DNA of 64,000 nucleotides from NCBI GenBank assembly GCA_043228905.1, contig JBHGNT010000001.1, forward strand, positions 5,890,001 to 5,954,000, given 5' to 3'. The notes below the pieces were generated by a model that saw only the letters and a program-made list of their open reading frames with translations, did no database searches and had not been told where the DNA came from. Positions 13,106-26,944 of the stretch are shown here, one piece after another. A program made the position numbers and the translations under genes. The stretch comes from Azolla caroliniana (lineage: Eukaryota; Plantae; Polypodiophyta). Numbering within the stretch: position 1 is the first letter of the stretch; each line of letters starts with the position of its first letter.

Positions 13106-15547
13106 TCACAACTCAAGTATAAAGTCTACAAAAACATAAAAAAACAAAATGAATTAAACATGTAAATCCTTCATAGTACTCACTACTTGTAGGGAAATGT
13201 TTTGAACAATGCAACAATTATTTCAAAATATGTTCCTGAGAAAAAATGTTGTATAGATTAGTTAGAAGTAGTTGTTTCATATAATATTGGCAATTTGAGG
13301 TTAATTGGGGATGATTTGTTACCCTTACAATGGCTTTTCATTCCGTTAGCCAAAACTCTATCCTCACCATCTTATAAGGTTGTTTTTTACTACCTTAAAT
13401 ATTGGGGTATCTAGTACTATTGGAGTTTGCGAAATGGGTCCTTGTTTGATGGCTGCAATGGAATACAACAAAAAGAGAGGTGCAAAGATCCTCCTATTTT
13501 GGAGGGGTTTTTATATTGTCATGTTGTGTGTGTGTGTGTGTGTTTGAAAAAAGAGAGGCGATCCTCCTATTTTAGAGGGGTTTTTATATTGTCATTTTGT
13601 TTATATATATATATATATATATATATATTATCACTACTTTTTTGGGAAACAAGAGAGTACCATAGAGATATATCCACCCTATTACAATAGAGTTAAAAAA
13701 GGATTTTTATATTACTACGTTGGTTGAATACAGATGCACACACACAGTATACTTTTATGAAAAAGTAGGATACACTTGCAAAGGAAAAGTAAGATGGACT
13801 TACATTCATCATCTGTGATGATCCAACATTCCTTGAGGGGATGTATTATCTTGTTGTGATGTCCATTGTCACTAATGAATTCATCATCATTATCATGAAC
13901 ACTAGAATCACTACTAAGAGCAAATGAAGAAGAAGAAGGTCTATTAACGTCATTAGAGAATGGGCTAGACAAGGAGCAACGAAAAACTCCATCCCCATCA
14001 TCAATTTGTTGACGATGTTCAATATGTCTAATTTCATTACTGATGGCTAGATTTTCTATTGCCATTAATGCTCTATAGCAACAAAGCATGAAACTATCAT
14101 CCTTTGGATGTGTATTAAATTTCTTAATGTTATGGTTGCTTGTTGGGTAGCGCTTCCTTCTTGCCAAACCACGTGATGATACTTGCATCTTCCTCTTCAT
14201 CATCTCCAACACCTACATTACAATGAACGCTTCTCTTGGAAAGTAGCACTATATAACTAGAATAAAATGTAATGAACCATCCAACAATTATAAGGTCATC
14301 AAAATCTTCATATAGTTATGATTAATACTATATTTAGTCTAATAGGTAGAACTTAACACATGGTCTACCCATACATATATACTGCATTCACAATGTGTGG
14401 TGATAACACTCAGGTGTTTAGGTACATATGTGTGGTGCCAATACTCAATATCAAAAATGTTCAAGGCTTGTTAAAATGCATGTTATAATTCAAGGTAATT
14501 AGTACCTTTTGCACCATGCTTCTTGGAACATGGTCTTGTGGAATGATATTTTGTGGAGCTCCGGCCTTGCCCATTGGCTTGGAAATTCCCGATAATTTCA
14601 CTAATACATTTTTTACAAGAAAGATAGGTAATTTTACACATGTTGGTGTCGGTGTTGGTGACATGTGATGGAGGATTTTCTTACTCATGCCTTGAAGCAA
14701 ACAATAATTACTACTTGGGGATGTAGGTGGCATGTCATGAAGAAAACTATGGAGAAACCCTTTTGGTCCATAAGCCCCATTTGAACCTATTTCATCTATC
14801 AAGAGATTGAATTTATGATCCTTGCAATGACATTGTTTTCTACCAGCTTTTTTCTTTCTTAATATACTATCCTTTAGCTTATTATCCTTTGTTATAAGTT
14901 TGTCTTCTTGTTCTTCTCTCTTCAATGGGTTAACCTCTAGTTTGAAGCATAAGATCCTTTGCAACTCTTCTTGAAGTAGCTTTTGTAATATACAATTGTC
15001 ATTAGTACTCATCAACCTTACAGACACCGACTTGTCTAACTTTGTACCTCCAATACTATCCCCATCCAATTTATCTTCTTCTTCTCTAATGATATCAACT
15101 AATTCATTATCATGACTTCCTATCTTTTTATCATAATCTTGGTTTGAATGCAAACTAGCCAACAAATCACTTATTCCTAATGTGCCAATTGTGAGGATCT
15201 CAACATGATTAGATGATCCAGAATCTTGAAGAATCTCTTTATTCAATGATGTTCTTATGCCACCTAGAAATATTAATTATAATGGAAATGAGTAATAAGT
15301 TTAAATTACCAACATTAGAAATGAGTAATTAAAGATTTAGGGAGACTTACTTGAGTTTTTAACATGTTCTTTGCTAGACTTGGAGTGTGGGCTATTGTAT
15401 AGTTGATGGAGACGTTTCTTGTTTGCCCAATCAAATATCTATTGGAATGTAACATTAAGATGGTCACCAATCAATCTTGGTATGTATGTAGTGATAAAGT
15501 TCCATCATGAATGATAACCCAACATGCTTGATTAAACTTACCTTCAT
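13106..15547 (-). CDS. LAZY1: LAZY1/DRO1-like IGT-family protein (~426 aa), 5 coding exons
   Basis: complement(join(13106..13125,13804..14212,14506..15263,15351..15438,15542..15547)); all GT-AG, 1281 nt in frame. Micro-exon MK, region I IFDWANKK, IGT motif ILTIGTLG, region IV VLEMMKRKM, and C-terminal CCL WIITDDEYFILEL split by the last intron as in LAZY genes. Confidence 0.9.
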
Positions 15548-18185
15548 TTTGATAATATTGACTCAATTGCAATCTAATATTGCACTTATAAGAGTACAAT
15601 ATGTGTTTCTACACTATTGGATAGAGTTTGACGAAATAATCTTCAATTATTAGACACCTCAAACCTTCATAAGTGGTATACTGGATAGATCTAAAAACCA
15701 TATGCCACACATGCTCTAGCTTTATAGGACATTTTGGTCCATGTTTATTAATTGAATTTCCTGTTTTAGGATATTGGAATGTGGCCTATCAAGACTGGTA
15801 AAGGCATTTATCCTTAACTAAATGTTTGAAAAGAAGAAGTTAGCATCATACACACCATACGCGATTTTAAAGCGTGTTGGCATGTTTATCACGACAGAAG
15901 AACATTCCGACCAAGATGTTGACATGTTATTTGTGCTAAAAGGTACCTTTATCGCGGTGCGATAAAAAAAGAATGATAAGAATATCGAATTTTCCATTGT
16001 TCATTCTATGCACAAAGTGTCACCGATATACACTTCTGAAAAACCAACTAAATGTAGTTGAGATGAAGAGATTATCCAAATATTATTGTGAGCCTCATCA
16101 AAACCCCTTTCCAATTAACAAGAACATATAAATTGGGTTGGTCTCTTAAAGACTTATGCACTCTAGTGTGAAATGGAGCCAATTATCCTCTTAGAGTGTA
16201 CTATATGATATGGCATTGTGTCATATATTGTGCATCTATCCAAACATCAGTATCGGTAAATTCTCATCTAATCCTATTCATTAGATTTCTGCCATTTCCA
16301 CATGGTATTGTACAAAGTTTCCATTTTGTGTTTTTGCACAGGAATATCATTAATTTATAAGTTGTTTTTTATCATCACTTAAGCATTTGTCCTCTACTAT
16401 TTGGCATCACACTTATACGTGGAAAGGAATTCTAATCTATGCACATGATTCTGTATATATCCCTAGCATAATAATTTGAATTTTGCACTTCTTACTTAAC
16501 ATACAAGAGATAGCAACTTTGCACGAGTACAAACTATAAGCTCATCATGACATATGTTAACTTAAGTAATAAATGTCAACAAAGAGGATCCTAAGAAAGG
16601 TACTCTATGCTAGGAAATTCAAACTTGTCATTACATGCTCATTAAATTATAGATTGTCATAAAAAACAAGGGAACATTGAAATTAGAGAACGAGATTTAA
16701 CATAACAAACTAAACAAACTCTTTCTAGCATATGTCTGTTAACTTTAGGAAAAGGTTTACAAATGGGATCCTAAGAAAGGGACTCAACACAAGTATCAGT
16801 TATATAAACAAACCATTACATGGGTTGATGAATTCTATATTTTGGAAACTACTTCAAAACAAACACTTGTTTTCATAAGCAACATTTATAATGAGTAGGT
16901 GGCCACCATCATGTTGGGGTTAGACGCACACAATAGTAGAAAAATAATAAAATATGAACAATAAATGACTTGGCTATAATAAGTACAATGAAATTATAAT
17001 AGAGTAATACCCTAAACATGCTTGAATCACGTTTGTTTTTTAAAAGAATAATTAGTTATATCGGATAAGACTAGACCAGCAGCAACCTAGAGACAATTCA
17101 TTTGACCTAGGAGGCCATCCTCTTGTCTATAGTATGTCCAAGTTCCAATGCATGAATGGGTGATGGCCCCATGGTCCTTATCAAATAGTGGTCTCAATCA
17201 ACTATGCATACAGTCAAGGATATTTTAGAATAATCCCGTCCATAATTTATGTGAGAATTGTATGCCATGTTTGTTACGATAGGGCTTCGATGACCCCTGT
17301 TCATATTTTCAAATATCTTGGGTTTGGGGTTTCCTCAAGTGGACTTTTCTGGATTGAGTTAAACTTTTTATTTAAATATTCTCTCTCTTTTACACGCTTT
17401 CTTTCTCTAAATCTCTATCTTTCAATCTAGTCTCTAACTCTTGACATTTCACATGTAAATTATGAGCATGTGTTGTTTTTTTTTGTTTTTTTTATCCAAA
17501 AAAACACTACTTCGCATTAGTTAGCAAACCAAATAAAACAATGTTCAACTCGAATCCACAATGGAATAAGTATATACAACATGGAGGAACGACTCCAAAA
17601 CCAACAAAACTCATGCGGCCCTTATCCCCAACAAAACTGAAACAAAACCCATTTTACACAATTTCTACTCATCTTTTATCAACTATACCTACATATTATT
17701 CATCCCATGTACAATATTGAGAGCCATTGGCGAAAACAACTACTTAGGCGCCTGGTAGTTCCACATAGGCTTTGTCGAAGATTTGACCATCATGGGAGAA
17801 CAACCCCATTTCAGCAAGTACATAGACCTTGCACTTTTTGCTTCATCCGATTCCCCCTGAATTGAGTTCATACCGTCCACGCAGCCAGGCCACTAGCTCA
17901 AACCAGATACTTAGCATCACCTCACCGCATGAGAGCTTTTGCCCCTAAAAATCAAACTTATAGCGATTGGTCGAAATGTGCTAGACCGATAAGCACACCA
18001 CCATAATCCAAATCTCCTCAAAAATTTTAGAATTTGTACCAGATCTCACCCTTAGATATAAAAAATGCCTCAATCATTTATAAAATTTTGCCTAGTAAAC
18101 CACTCTCTCCATCTCTGATGAATATTATCAAACTAGGAGATCCCTAAAGCAAGGTGGTAAGGAGTTTCAAAAATCTCTTTGTTCC

Positions 18186-18672
18186 TAACAGTCGGCAACA
18201 GTTCGGTTTGAATCGAACCAAACTGCGAAACTGAGGCTTAATGATTAAATTGGTTTGGTTTGGTTCAGGTCAGGTTTTTCTAAACTGTCCGGTTTGGTTT
18301 CCACAGTTAGAAACCACGGTTTAAATAGTTTAACGGTTTTTTTTAATTTAAAAAATTAATTTTTTTTAAAAATTAAATTTTTTTTTAAACAACCTTTACA
18401 TTTTCAGGCCTTATTCTCACATTTTAGGAAAATCTTTAAATTTTTAAATTTTTAAAATAATAAAATTTTAAAAAATGTTAAAAAATTTTAATTGAATTTT
18501 GACCTAAGTTGAAACCGAAACCGAACCACCAAACTATGTTTTTAACGGTTAATGGTTTAAGGGATTGGAAATTTTTTAATGGTTTCATGGTTCGGTTCGG
18601 TTTGGGTCAGGTTTCAAAAAAATTAAACGGTTCAGTTTTGACCCTCTCAAACCGAACCGTTGCTGATTGTTA
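18186..18672. mobile_element. hAT-type MITE with 8-bp TSD TTTGTTCC
   Basis: TIRs taacagtcggcaacagttcggtttga / tcaaaccgaaccgttgctgattgtta; TSD 18178-18185 and 18673-18680; aaaccg subterminal motifs. Confidence 0.85.
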
Positions 18673-20800
18673 TTTGTTCCATCAATTCATAAATAAAAAA
18701 TATTTCTACATTCATTTCGAAGCATACAAATGATTATATGTTGTAAAGAGTTGCTAAATTTTACAATTTTGGAATACACATATTTGTGTGGTAATATGTG
18801 TATGCCTACCTTTCATAAGGTTTCTAGTATTAAGATGTTGATTATTATGAGTGATATCCCTAAAAACTTTCATGATGATTCTTCATGTGATCATTTGTAA
18901 ACAATGTTAGGCTCATTCGCTCATGTTTTTTTTTTTTTAATGTATTTCCAATGTTTGCATTACCGACAAAATACCTTGTTTGCAATAACAATTATATATA
19001 TTTAAGAATTTGTTATATATCTCCTATTCTATTTATATGTCTTGCAATACCATGATTGACCTAGAAACTTTGGGGGTAGTTTTGGTCAAAAGACCATGTA
19101 AACATAGATTATGGTTATTTTTATAGGCTCTTTATTATTGTTGACCCTTTTTTATTTAAAGGTTACTGCTTAATCAAATTTTGTCAATTTACCCACATAG
19201 ACCTTTTCTGCCCCAGATCTTGCTTAGCCAACATCATGCACTCGTCCACTAATTGTCCACACTTGCCCCAATTTAAAGCAAAATTTGTAAATCCAACCTT
19301 CACCCAACAAATAATATGATGACAACATGGTCGCTTGATTTTATTGTGACTTCCAACATGATGTGTTAAGCACTCTTGGGTATTATGTTTCCATTGCATT
19401 GAAACATTGTCTATAAATTATAACAAGATTTAACGCCAAACTCACCAATACAATGATACAATGAACGAATCCACAATCCACAAACTTAACTAATTGGGAC
19501 ATTTGTCCATTTTGGCTAGATGACTTCCATGTAACTAGTTTTGATCACCCGCTCGTATTGATCAAGGATGTCACAATCTACACCAACTAATATGCATGTC
19601 ATTTTTCTATAGTAGTTATAGGTCTCATGGAAATTGAGGCCTAGTTGGTTCTCCACACAGTACTACAAATGTTGCAATTAACAATGGTGAGCCAATCAAC
19701 AAATAGAGGAAGACATGCACTTGTACAAAAGTTGCAACAAATTTTTGAGACTCAATCAACCCACTAAAGAGGTTAGAATCTAGCATCAAGTAGCTCTTTC
19801 ACTAGAACTATTCCAAAAATGGGACATCAATTTTGGTATACCACTCAATCCATGAGCCACATATTGCCCTAGGCCGACCAAAACTCTCATATGTATACCT
19901 CATGTAACAATATGGAAAGACAAATTAATTAAGATTATTGGTACTAATAGTCGATTGCAACTCAACTAGATGTTCATGACCAAATACTGCAAAGCCTTTC
20001 GGCTGCTCTATATAAATTTCCTCATCTAAATCACCATGGAGGAAAGCCGTTTTTACATCTAGCTGAATAAGCTCCAAAATCTCGGCTGCCACTACGCCGA
20101 GCATAAATGGAAGGGTCGTCATTTTCACCACTTGTGAAAAAATTTCGTCGAAATCGACACCATATTCTTGTCGAAACCCTTTCACAACTAACCTGGCCTT
20201 GAACTTTGGAGTGGTCAAATCAGATGTCTCATTTAGTCTGTAGACCCACTTGCACAGAAGAGCGCGTCGATTTTTCACTAATTCGATTAAGTCCCAAGTA
20301 TTGTTTGCTCTAATGGAGTGCATTTCCGACTCCATTGCCAGATGCCATGGGGCCGAATCGACGGATGCCAATGCTTCTTCATATGACGACGTTTAGCTAG
20401 GGTCCATGAAGAAGACTCCAAGAGAGTACCTCTTCGGGGGTTGCAACAGTCTCTCAGATCTTCGAAGGATGACTGAACTAGTCGCATCAGGTGTTGGGGT
20501 CGGATGATCCAAAGCCGAACCATTCGGTTGTGCCGAGTTGGGCGCTACCGAGTCAGTGGTAGAGGTTTCAGCTACCCGTGAAGCCGACTTCGTGTTATGT
20601 GTTGGGCCTTCGTGAAGGGTCAACACTTCGGAAAAAGTTACCCTTCGGACTTCAATAGGCCTTTCGGTCGTCTTATACATAGCCAACTCATTGAACATGA
20701 CGTCTGAACTTCGGATGATCTGTCTATGCTTGGGGTTCGAGAGTCAGTATCTCATCTCGTCGTCTGATCCATAGTTAAACAAAATGCATTTCCTGGATCT

Positions 20801-23800
20801 TGTCCACACAAAGAGAGAAAGAGAGAAGAAAGAGAGAGAGAGAGAAAGGGAAAGAGATATATTGATGAGGCAGAAAGAGAGAATTGAAAAGAAAGTATTT
20901 TATTGCGATATAAGATGGAGTACACAGAGTAGGCAATAGGGAGCTATAGGATGGCGTTGAACCAATTTGGTTTTTGGATGGTTGATAGCTCCTTATTTAT
21001 AATTCTCTATAGAGTAATCTAGAACACTCTAGAATATTCTGGGGTAATTTAGTAATTAGAAGGTTTATAGAGTATTCTAGAAGGTTCTAGCATATAGAAC
21101 ACTCTAGAATATTCTAGGACATTCTAGAATATAAAGTAATTCAAAATATCCTTATGATATTAGATTATATATTCTAAAAACTATACGCATAAACGTGTTA
21201 TTACAATGGTTGGGAATCTCGAATGAAAGGCGACAGGATGTACTAGCTCTCCGTCATCTCTAGTCTCCAACAAGACACTTCCTAGTGCAAAATCGGATGC
21301 ATCAGCTTCAAGGATGAAGCGTTTTGTTGGGTCGACATGTGCTAAGATCGGTGCCGTTGTAAACGCCTGTTTTAAACTTTCAAATGCCTCGGCTGCATCC
21401 GAACTCCAAATGAATGGTTGATTTTTGTGTGTGAGTTGAGTGAGCAGAAACACGACCTTAGAATAATGTTTAATAAATTTCTGATAAAAATTTGCAAACC
21501 CGAGAAAACATTGCACGTCGCACACTGAAAGGGGAGTTTGCCACTCTAGAATTGCTTGAACCTTCATGGGGTCCATAGAAATACCATCTGAGGATACAAC
21601 GTACCCCAAAAATTCCACTTGATTCTGGCCAAAACTACACTTTTCTAATTTTGCATAGAGACCATATTCTCGTAGCCGACGTAGTACCTTACAAACATAT
21701 TCATCATGTTCCTCTTGGGTCTTCGAATAGATCAAAATGTCATCTAGGTAAACTATAGTGAAGACATTGAGAAAATCTCGAAAAATATCATTCGCCATAT
21801 GTTGGAAAACTGTAGGTGCATTCGTGAGACCGAATGGCATCACAGTATACTCGAAATGTCCATAGCGAGTGTGAAAAGCAGCCTTCCATTCATCCCCCGG
21901 ACGAATCCAAACTAGATTATATGCACCACAAAGGTCCAATTTCATGAAATATTTTGCTCCACTAACATTCCGAAAGATTCGGGATTAACGGTTTAAAAGC
22001 ATATCGATTCCGGATGGTCACTTTGTTTAGCCCTCGATAATCCACGACCAACCGAAGAGACCCATTCTTTTTCTTAATGAAGAAGATAGGTGCACCAACA
22101 GGGGATCAAGAATGCCGAATGAATCCATTTGCGAGATTCTCGTCGATATATTCCCACAAAGTCTCTAGCTCTACAAGGGAAAGATTATAAATTAGGCCCC
22201 ATGGAGGTTCTTTCCCCAGTTGCAAGTCAATAGGGCAGTCGTATGGCCGATGCTCCGGCAATGTATTGGCCTTCACCTTATCAAAGACATCTGAAAACTC
22301 TTTGTATTTATCTAGTAGTTTAATGTCCCCTTCATGTAAGGTGGATGATGGAGTTTCCACTATTGCGAAGACAAACATATGCTCAGTCCCCCCTTCCTCA
22401 CGTAATTGACATAAAGAGATGGTAGATAACTTATGGGGTCTAGTATCAAATGTCGGAGATTTGAGGGATGTGGCCTTTGTTCTTTCTTCTTGGGTCTCCT
22501 CAATTGTTCTTTTCATCCAATCAATCTTCGGGTTATGGAGTTCAAACCAAGGGAGACCTAGAACTATTGGGTGTTCTGGACTACGAATAATGTTGAAAGA
22601 GATTATGCTTGCCAAATCGCCAAGAACTATACGAATTGGCTCGGACTCCTCGACTATATCACCTGATGCTATGGGACGGCTATCAATGACTCCTATGACT
22701 ACTGGGTTCGGGAGCTTATTCAAGAGAATGTTTTGTGACAATGCAAATTCACGATCCATGAAACAAGAGTTGGCTCCAGAATCTAGGAGGGCAGAGGCTA
22801 GGACTCGATGACATGTAGATGTGGTAAGCTCATCTTGTGCAGAAAAAACTCTACTCACTTGACTTGATAAAATGGAACCACGACTAGGGACTAACTCTAC
22901 ATATCTAGGATGGTCCAACCAAATGGCTCCTATTTTGGCCGCACTTACTCGTTTAACACATCCTCTAATTGACTCAAGACGTCGAATCTATTCTCATGGC
23001 ATGGACTATTAGGCTTATTAACGTTATTAGAAGTAACAATAGAGCTTGAAGTAGGAATATCATGTGCACTTACTTGGTATACTTTACATCTAGGTTTATG
23101 TGGACAATTCACGGCTATATGTCTTGGACCGACGCAATATAGACATAGGCGGTGCGCCCAACGTCGTTGTTTCTCAATATCGGATAAAGGCCCTCGACGT
23201 TGTGTTGTCTCTATTTCCATCGGATCGGAGTTGGGCCATCCCCCGCTTGTGGGGGCGTTGCGACTACGGAAGCATACGTTTGTTCTGGTTGGCGGCGTAA
23301 CATTTGTTGGCGCTCAGAACGTCGCTCAAAAAGACGATTATCACATCGCACAGCTTGACTAATGGCCTTTGTTAGAGACTTCGGATCTTCATGGAAAGTA
23401 AGTAGAAGATCTTTGACATCATTACGCAAACCTTGGCGGAATTGATCCATTAAAGCCGCCTCATCCCAAGGAATATCGCGTGCCAAAAGACGAAAATCAG
23501 CTGCATACGCCAACGCGGGACGATCTCCTTGCCGGAGTCTTCGAATCTTGTTTGTCGTCGTCCTAGTGTTGTCGGTGTCTCCAAAACTAGCCTGAAACTC
23601 CTTAACAAATGCCTCAAAATCGTCTAGCAATGGTGATTTCTTCTCAAGAAGTGGTGCAAACCATGCTAATGTTGTACCACATAACAAGGTTCCCACTAAT
23701 CCCACACGAACCGTGTCAATTGGGTATCGATTGGGATGTAACTGAATAACCAAACGGACTAGATTCAAAAAACCTCGAAATAAAGACCTCGTACCATCAA

Positions 23801-23860
23801 ATTTGGCAGGGAGACTAATCTTTGGTTCTCGAGGGGAGTTTAGAGCCCCCGACGCTTGTT
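20801..23860 (-). mobile_element. Tcn1-like chromoviral Gypsy remnant (gag, PR, RT, partial RH) plus one LTR (20801-21205), nested in Copia integrase
   Basis: gag EPKISLPAKFDG...AWFAPLLE and CLYCVGPRHIAVNC; protease LLDSGANSCF; LPEHRPYDCPIDL; RT MPFGLTNAP...YLDD; RH LEADASDFALG. LTR reads TGTAATAAC...GGACA on the minus strand with TATAAATA. Confidence 0.85.
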
Positions 23861-26377
23861 GTCGGAAAAATTTGCCGAATTCTTCAAATTTGAACTCTCC
23901 TCCATTATCAGTTCGAAGGCATTTCAGTTTTCGACCGTTTTGGTTCTCTACCATAGTGAGCCAATCGGAAAAAGTCGAGAACACTCGATCTTTGGTTTTG
24001 ATCGGATAAACCCACACCTTCCGAGTCGAGTCGTTAATAAAGCTGACGAAATACAAAGCACCGTCGAGAGACTAATGTGGCATTGGACCAAAAACGTCCG
24101 AGTAGACCAAATCGAGTGGACTCGATTCTCTCAATGCTGATGTCGGGCGTGATGCGACTATCTATTTGTTGTACAATTGGCAATACTTGCAAAATTGATG
24201 ATCAGAGAAGGAGATTTTAGGGATGTATCTGGCACTAGATAAATGCGTTATGTTGGCCTTGCTAAGGTGTCTGAGTCGTCCATGCCATAGAGATGACACG
24301 GGGATATCATCCAAGAACAGGTCACCCTCTCTAAGTATGACATACAATGAGTACAATGAATGTACTTTTGGTCCTCGAGCAAGCAGGTGGTTCCCCCTGT
24401 GGAGTGTCCACCCTCCAAATGAGAAGCCAGCATGAATGCCGTCTTCATCCAATTGGCCAACTGAGATCAAAGGTCTTGATAGCTCAAGTACATGTCGGAC
24501 ATTATGTAGTACTAATGTAGAGCCACTTGGAAGGTTGAGCTCTACTTTGTCAATTCTGATGATAGCACAATGTTGCGAATTTCTGACTCGAACAGAGTCG
24601 GAATGTCAGGCCGAGTATTGTTGAGATTGGGATCAAAGAGGGGTCACATGATATGAAGTGCCCGAGTTCAAGAGGCATGTGCTTGATTCCTCAGTCATAA
24701 GCAGAACTCTGATTCGACTGGGTTACCAATGGATAGTATGTTTGGGTCGCTCAGCACTACTTCGGCTGAAGAGCTGACGTAATTGACCTCCTCATTCCGA
24801 CCACTCTTCTAATCCACTCGTTGAGCTTTGTCGTTTTTGGCTTTGAGTGTGCGGCAATTAGTTTTGGTGTGTCTGGGTTTCTTGCAATAATTGCAAACTC
24901 AATTGTCCCGGGATTTGCTCCGACTTCGTTGGTTGTTCGGATGTCGTGAAGAATCTCTTCCTTGATTGTTTGATCGGTCGGTCAAACCTTGTAAGCATAG
25001 TTGGCCGAATCGTTTGCAAACGATTTCCTCCGAGTTGCTTCAATCATAATTGCACTCGTGATTGAGGAGTATTTGACGGCAACAGTCAACGTGTTGTACA
25101 AAGTAGTGACGAAAGTTTCCCACGAAGGGGGGAGACTGCTCATGAGCAACATTGCTCTCAGTTCATCTTCGATCGTCGTCCCCTGGGCCGTAATTTGGGA
25201 ACTTAAACTTTTGTACTTATTTAGATGTACTTGGACCGAGTAAGATTCTTTCATCCAAAGGTTGTAAAGGCACTGAATCAGATATACCTTTGTGGCATTT
25301 TTGTAGGTGTCCGAGAGTGTCGTCCACAGTTGGAAGGCAGTTGAACACGATTGCACTATGAAGTACACGGACTCCGACAAGTGCATCTGAATTGTGGCGC
25401 GAACAATTCTGTCAAGCTTCTGCACTCAATTGGCTTGTATCCTTCTTGAGGGTTTTCATTTTTTATGGGGTCGATTTTCCCCTTGACTATCAGAAGTTGA
25501 AGTTCAATCCGTCAAACTTCCTTGGACTCATTTTTTATGAGCCGGATGTTGATGCCATCTGTGTTGATTTACTAGACTTTGTCCGGAGTCGAATATGAAC
25601 AATGGTGGAGTGTAGCCAACAGGCTCACTCAATGTTGTTCTAGTCGGATTTGGACATAAGTTGAAACGATTTCGACTATTAACGAATTCTGTCCAAAGTG
25701 ACTACAGTCAATCGACTTAGCCGAATTGGACTTGAATTTGCCGATTCGATTTTGAATGTAGATTTAAAGATGTCGATCACAGATTATATGCCGATTATCC
25801 AAGTCGATCCTGCTTCGGTTGACTACAACAATGAGAGGACAGAGCCGACTGGTCCTCCCGAGTGTCGTTCAACCGAATGAAACACGGATTGGGGTTGTTC
25901 CCTGGAGTTCAAGCTACTACGAGTGATTACGATGAGCGAATAAATAGCATCAATTGACCTATTAGATTGTCATCTATTCCGATGTAACACAATTGAGGCA
26001 GAGCCTCCAAAACAAAATCTCACTCCAAGTGGCTACAATCACAAGGGTAAAGTACAACCAACTAGCTTACTTTAATGGTGATTTAGAACAATGTAGTGCA
26101 GGTCTTGCAGGTGTTTCTCTTCACAAAAATGATCTTGTAGAGAGTTGCCAACCGAGATCTTCAAGGTGTACAGAGGAAGAGTTGCTAATGGAGACTACGT
26201 AGACGTGGTAAGAGAATCGAAAACACCAAGCTCTGATACCAGATGTTGTGATTGCGACCATATAGTGCGGAACAATCTTAGCACTCCTCTAGTGAAAGAT
26301 CATTAACATATACAAGTCTAGAGGATTAATGGTTACAAGCAACTGAATCAAGTAACAAGATCAACACGAGTGCAAGA

Positions 26378-26378
<1 letters not shown>

Positions 26379-26426
<48 letters not shown>
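26379..26426 (+). repeat. (GA)n microsatellite inside the Copia LTR
   Basis: About 24 GA units seen directly. Confidence 0.9.
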
Positions 26427-26427
<1 letters not shown>

Positions 26428-26944
26428 AGAACATTAGGCATAAGGTGAACTTTATTCAAGCTCTGCAGCTCAATGTACAGAATGAACAACTCCTCAAACT
26501 GGGTTACAAAGTCAGTAACTTATATACTGACTAACTTAGGGCAACTGCCCTTCTTAATATTTACAAAGATGGCCTAAACCTAGTGTGTACAAATGGGACA
26601 ATGGGATATTTACTACCTAAGTTCCCATACCCCCCACTCCCACAATTGTTCTTAGTTATAGTGATCACCTATTGATCATTGAGACCCTCCCACATTTAGA
26701 TCCCATTGATTGTTCAATAGTTGTTGCTCATGTATATGTTTATTGCGTACTAATCAAAGGATCCACCCCCTCTAGATGTAAGTATGTTTTAGATAATGTT
26801 TGTTTGTACTCTCTTTACTACCTAGGTTCCCATGCAAGGCATATCAACCCCAAACATGGTAGATTGTTACATATTAACCCCAATATGGTATAGATCATGG
26901 CTTCTACTACATGATTTTCACATTTAGTCTACAAAGTCCGAAAA

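Larger units (their letters stand above)
19958..26608 (-). mobile_element. 3'-truncated degenerate Ty1/Copia element (5' LTR ~26244-26608, PBS-Met, gag, PR, INT, partial RT)
   Basis: gctctgatacca at 26230-26241 (tRNAi-Met PBS); gag LLMSSLPPSWETF; LWHGRLRH; INT RTDNGGEF; RT KARLVVKG, LDVKTAFLHGDL; absent from duplication unit 2. The right LTR end is approximate. Confidence 0.88.
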
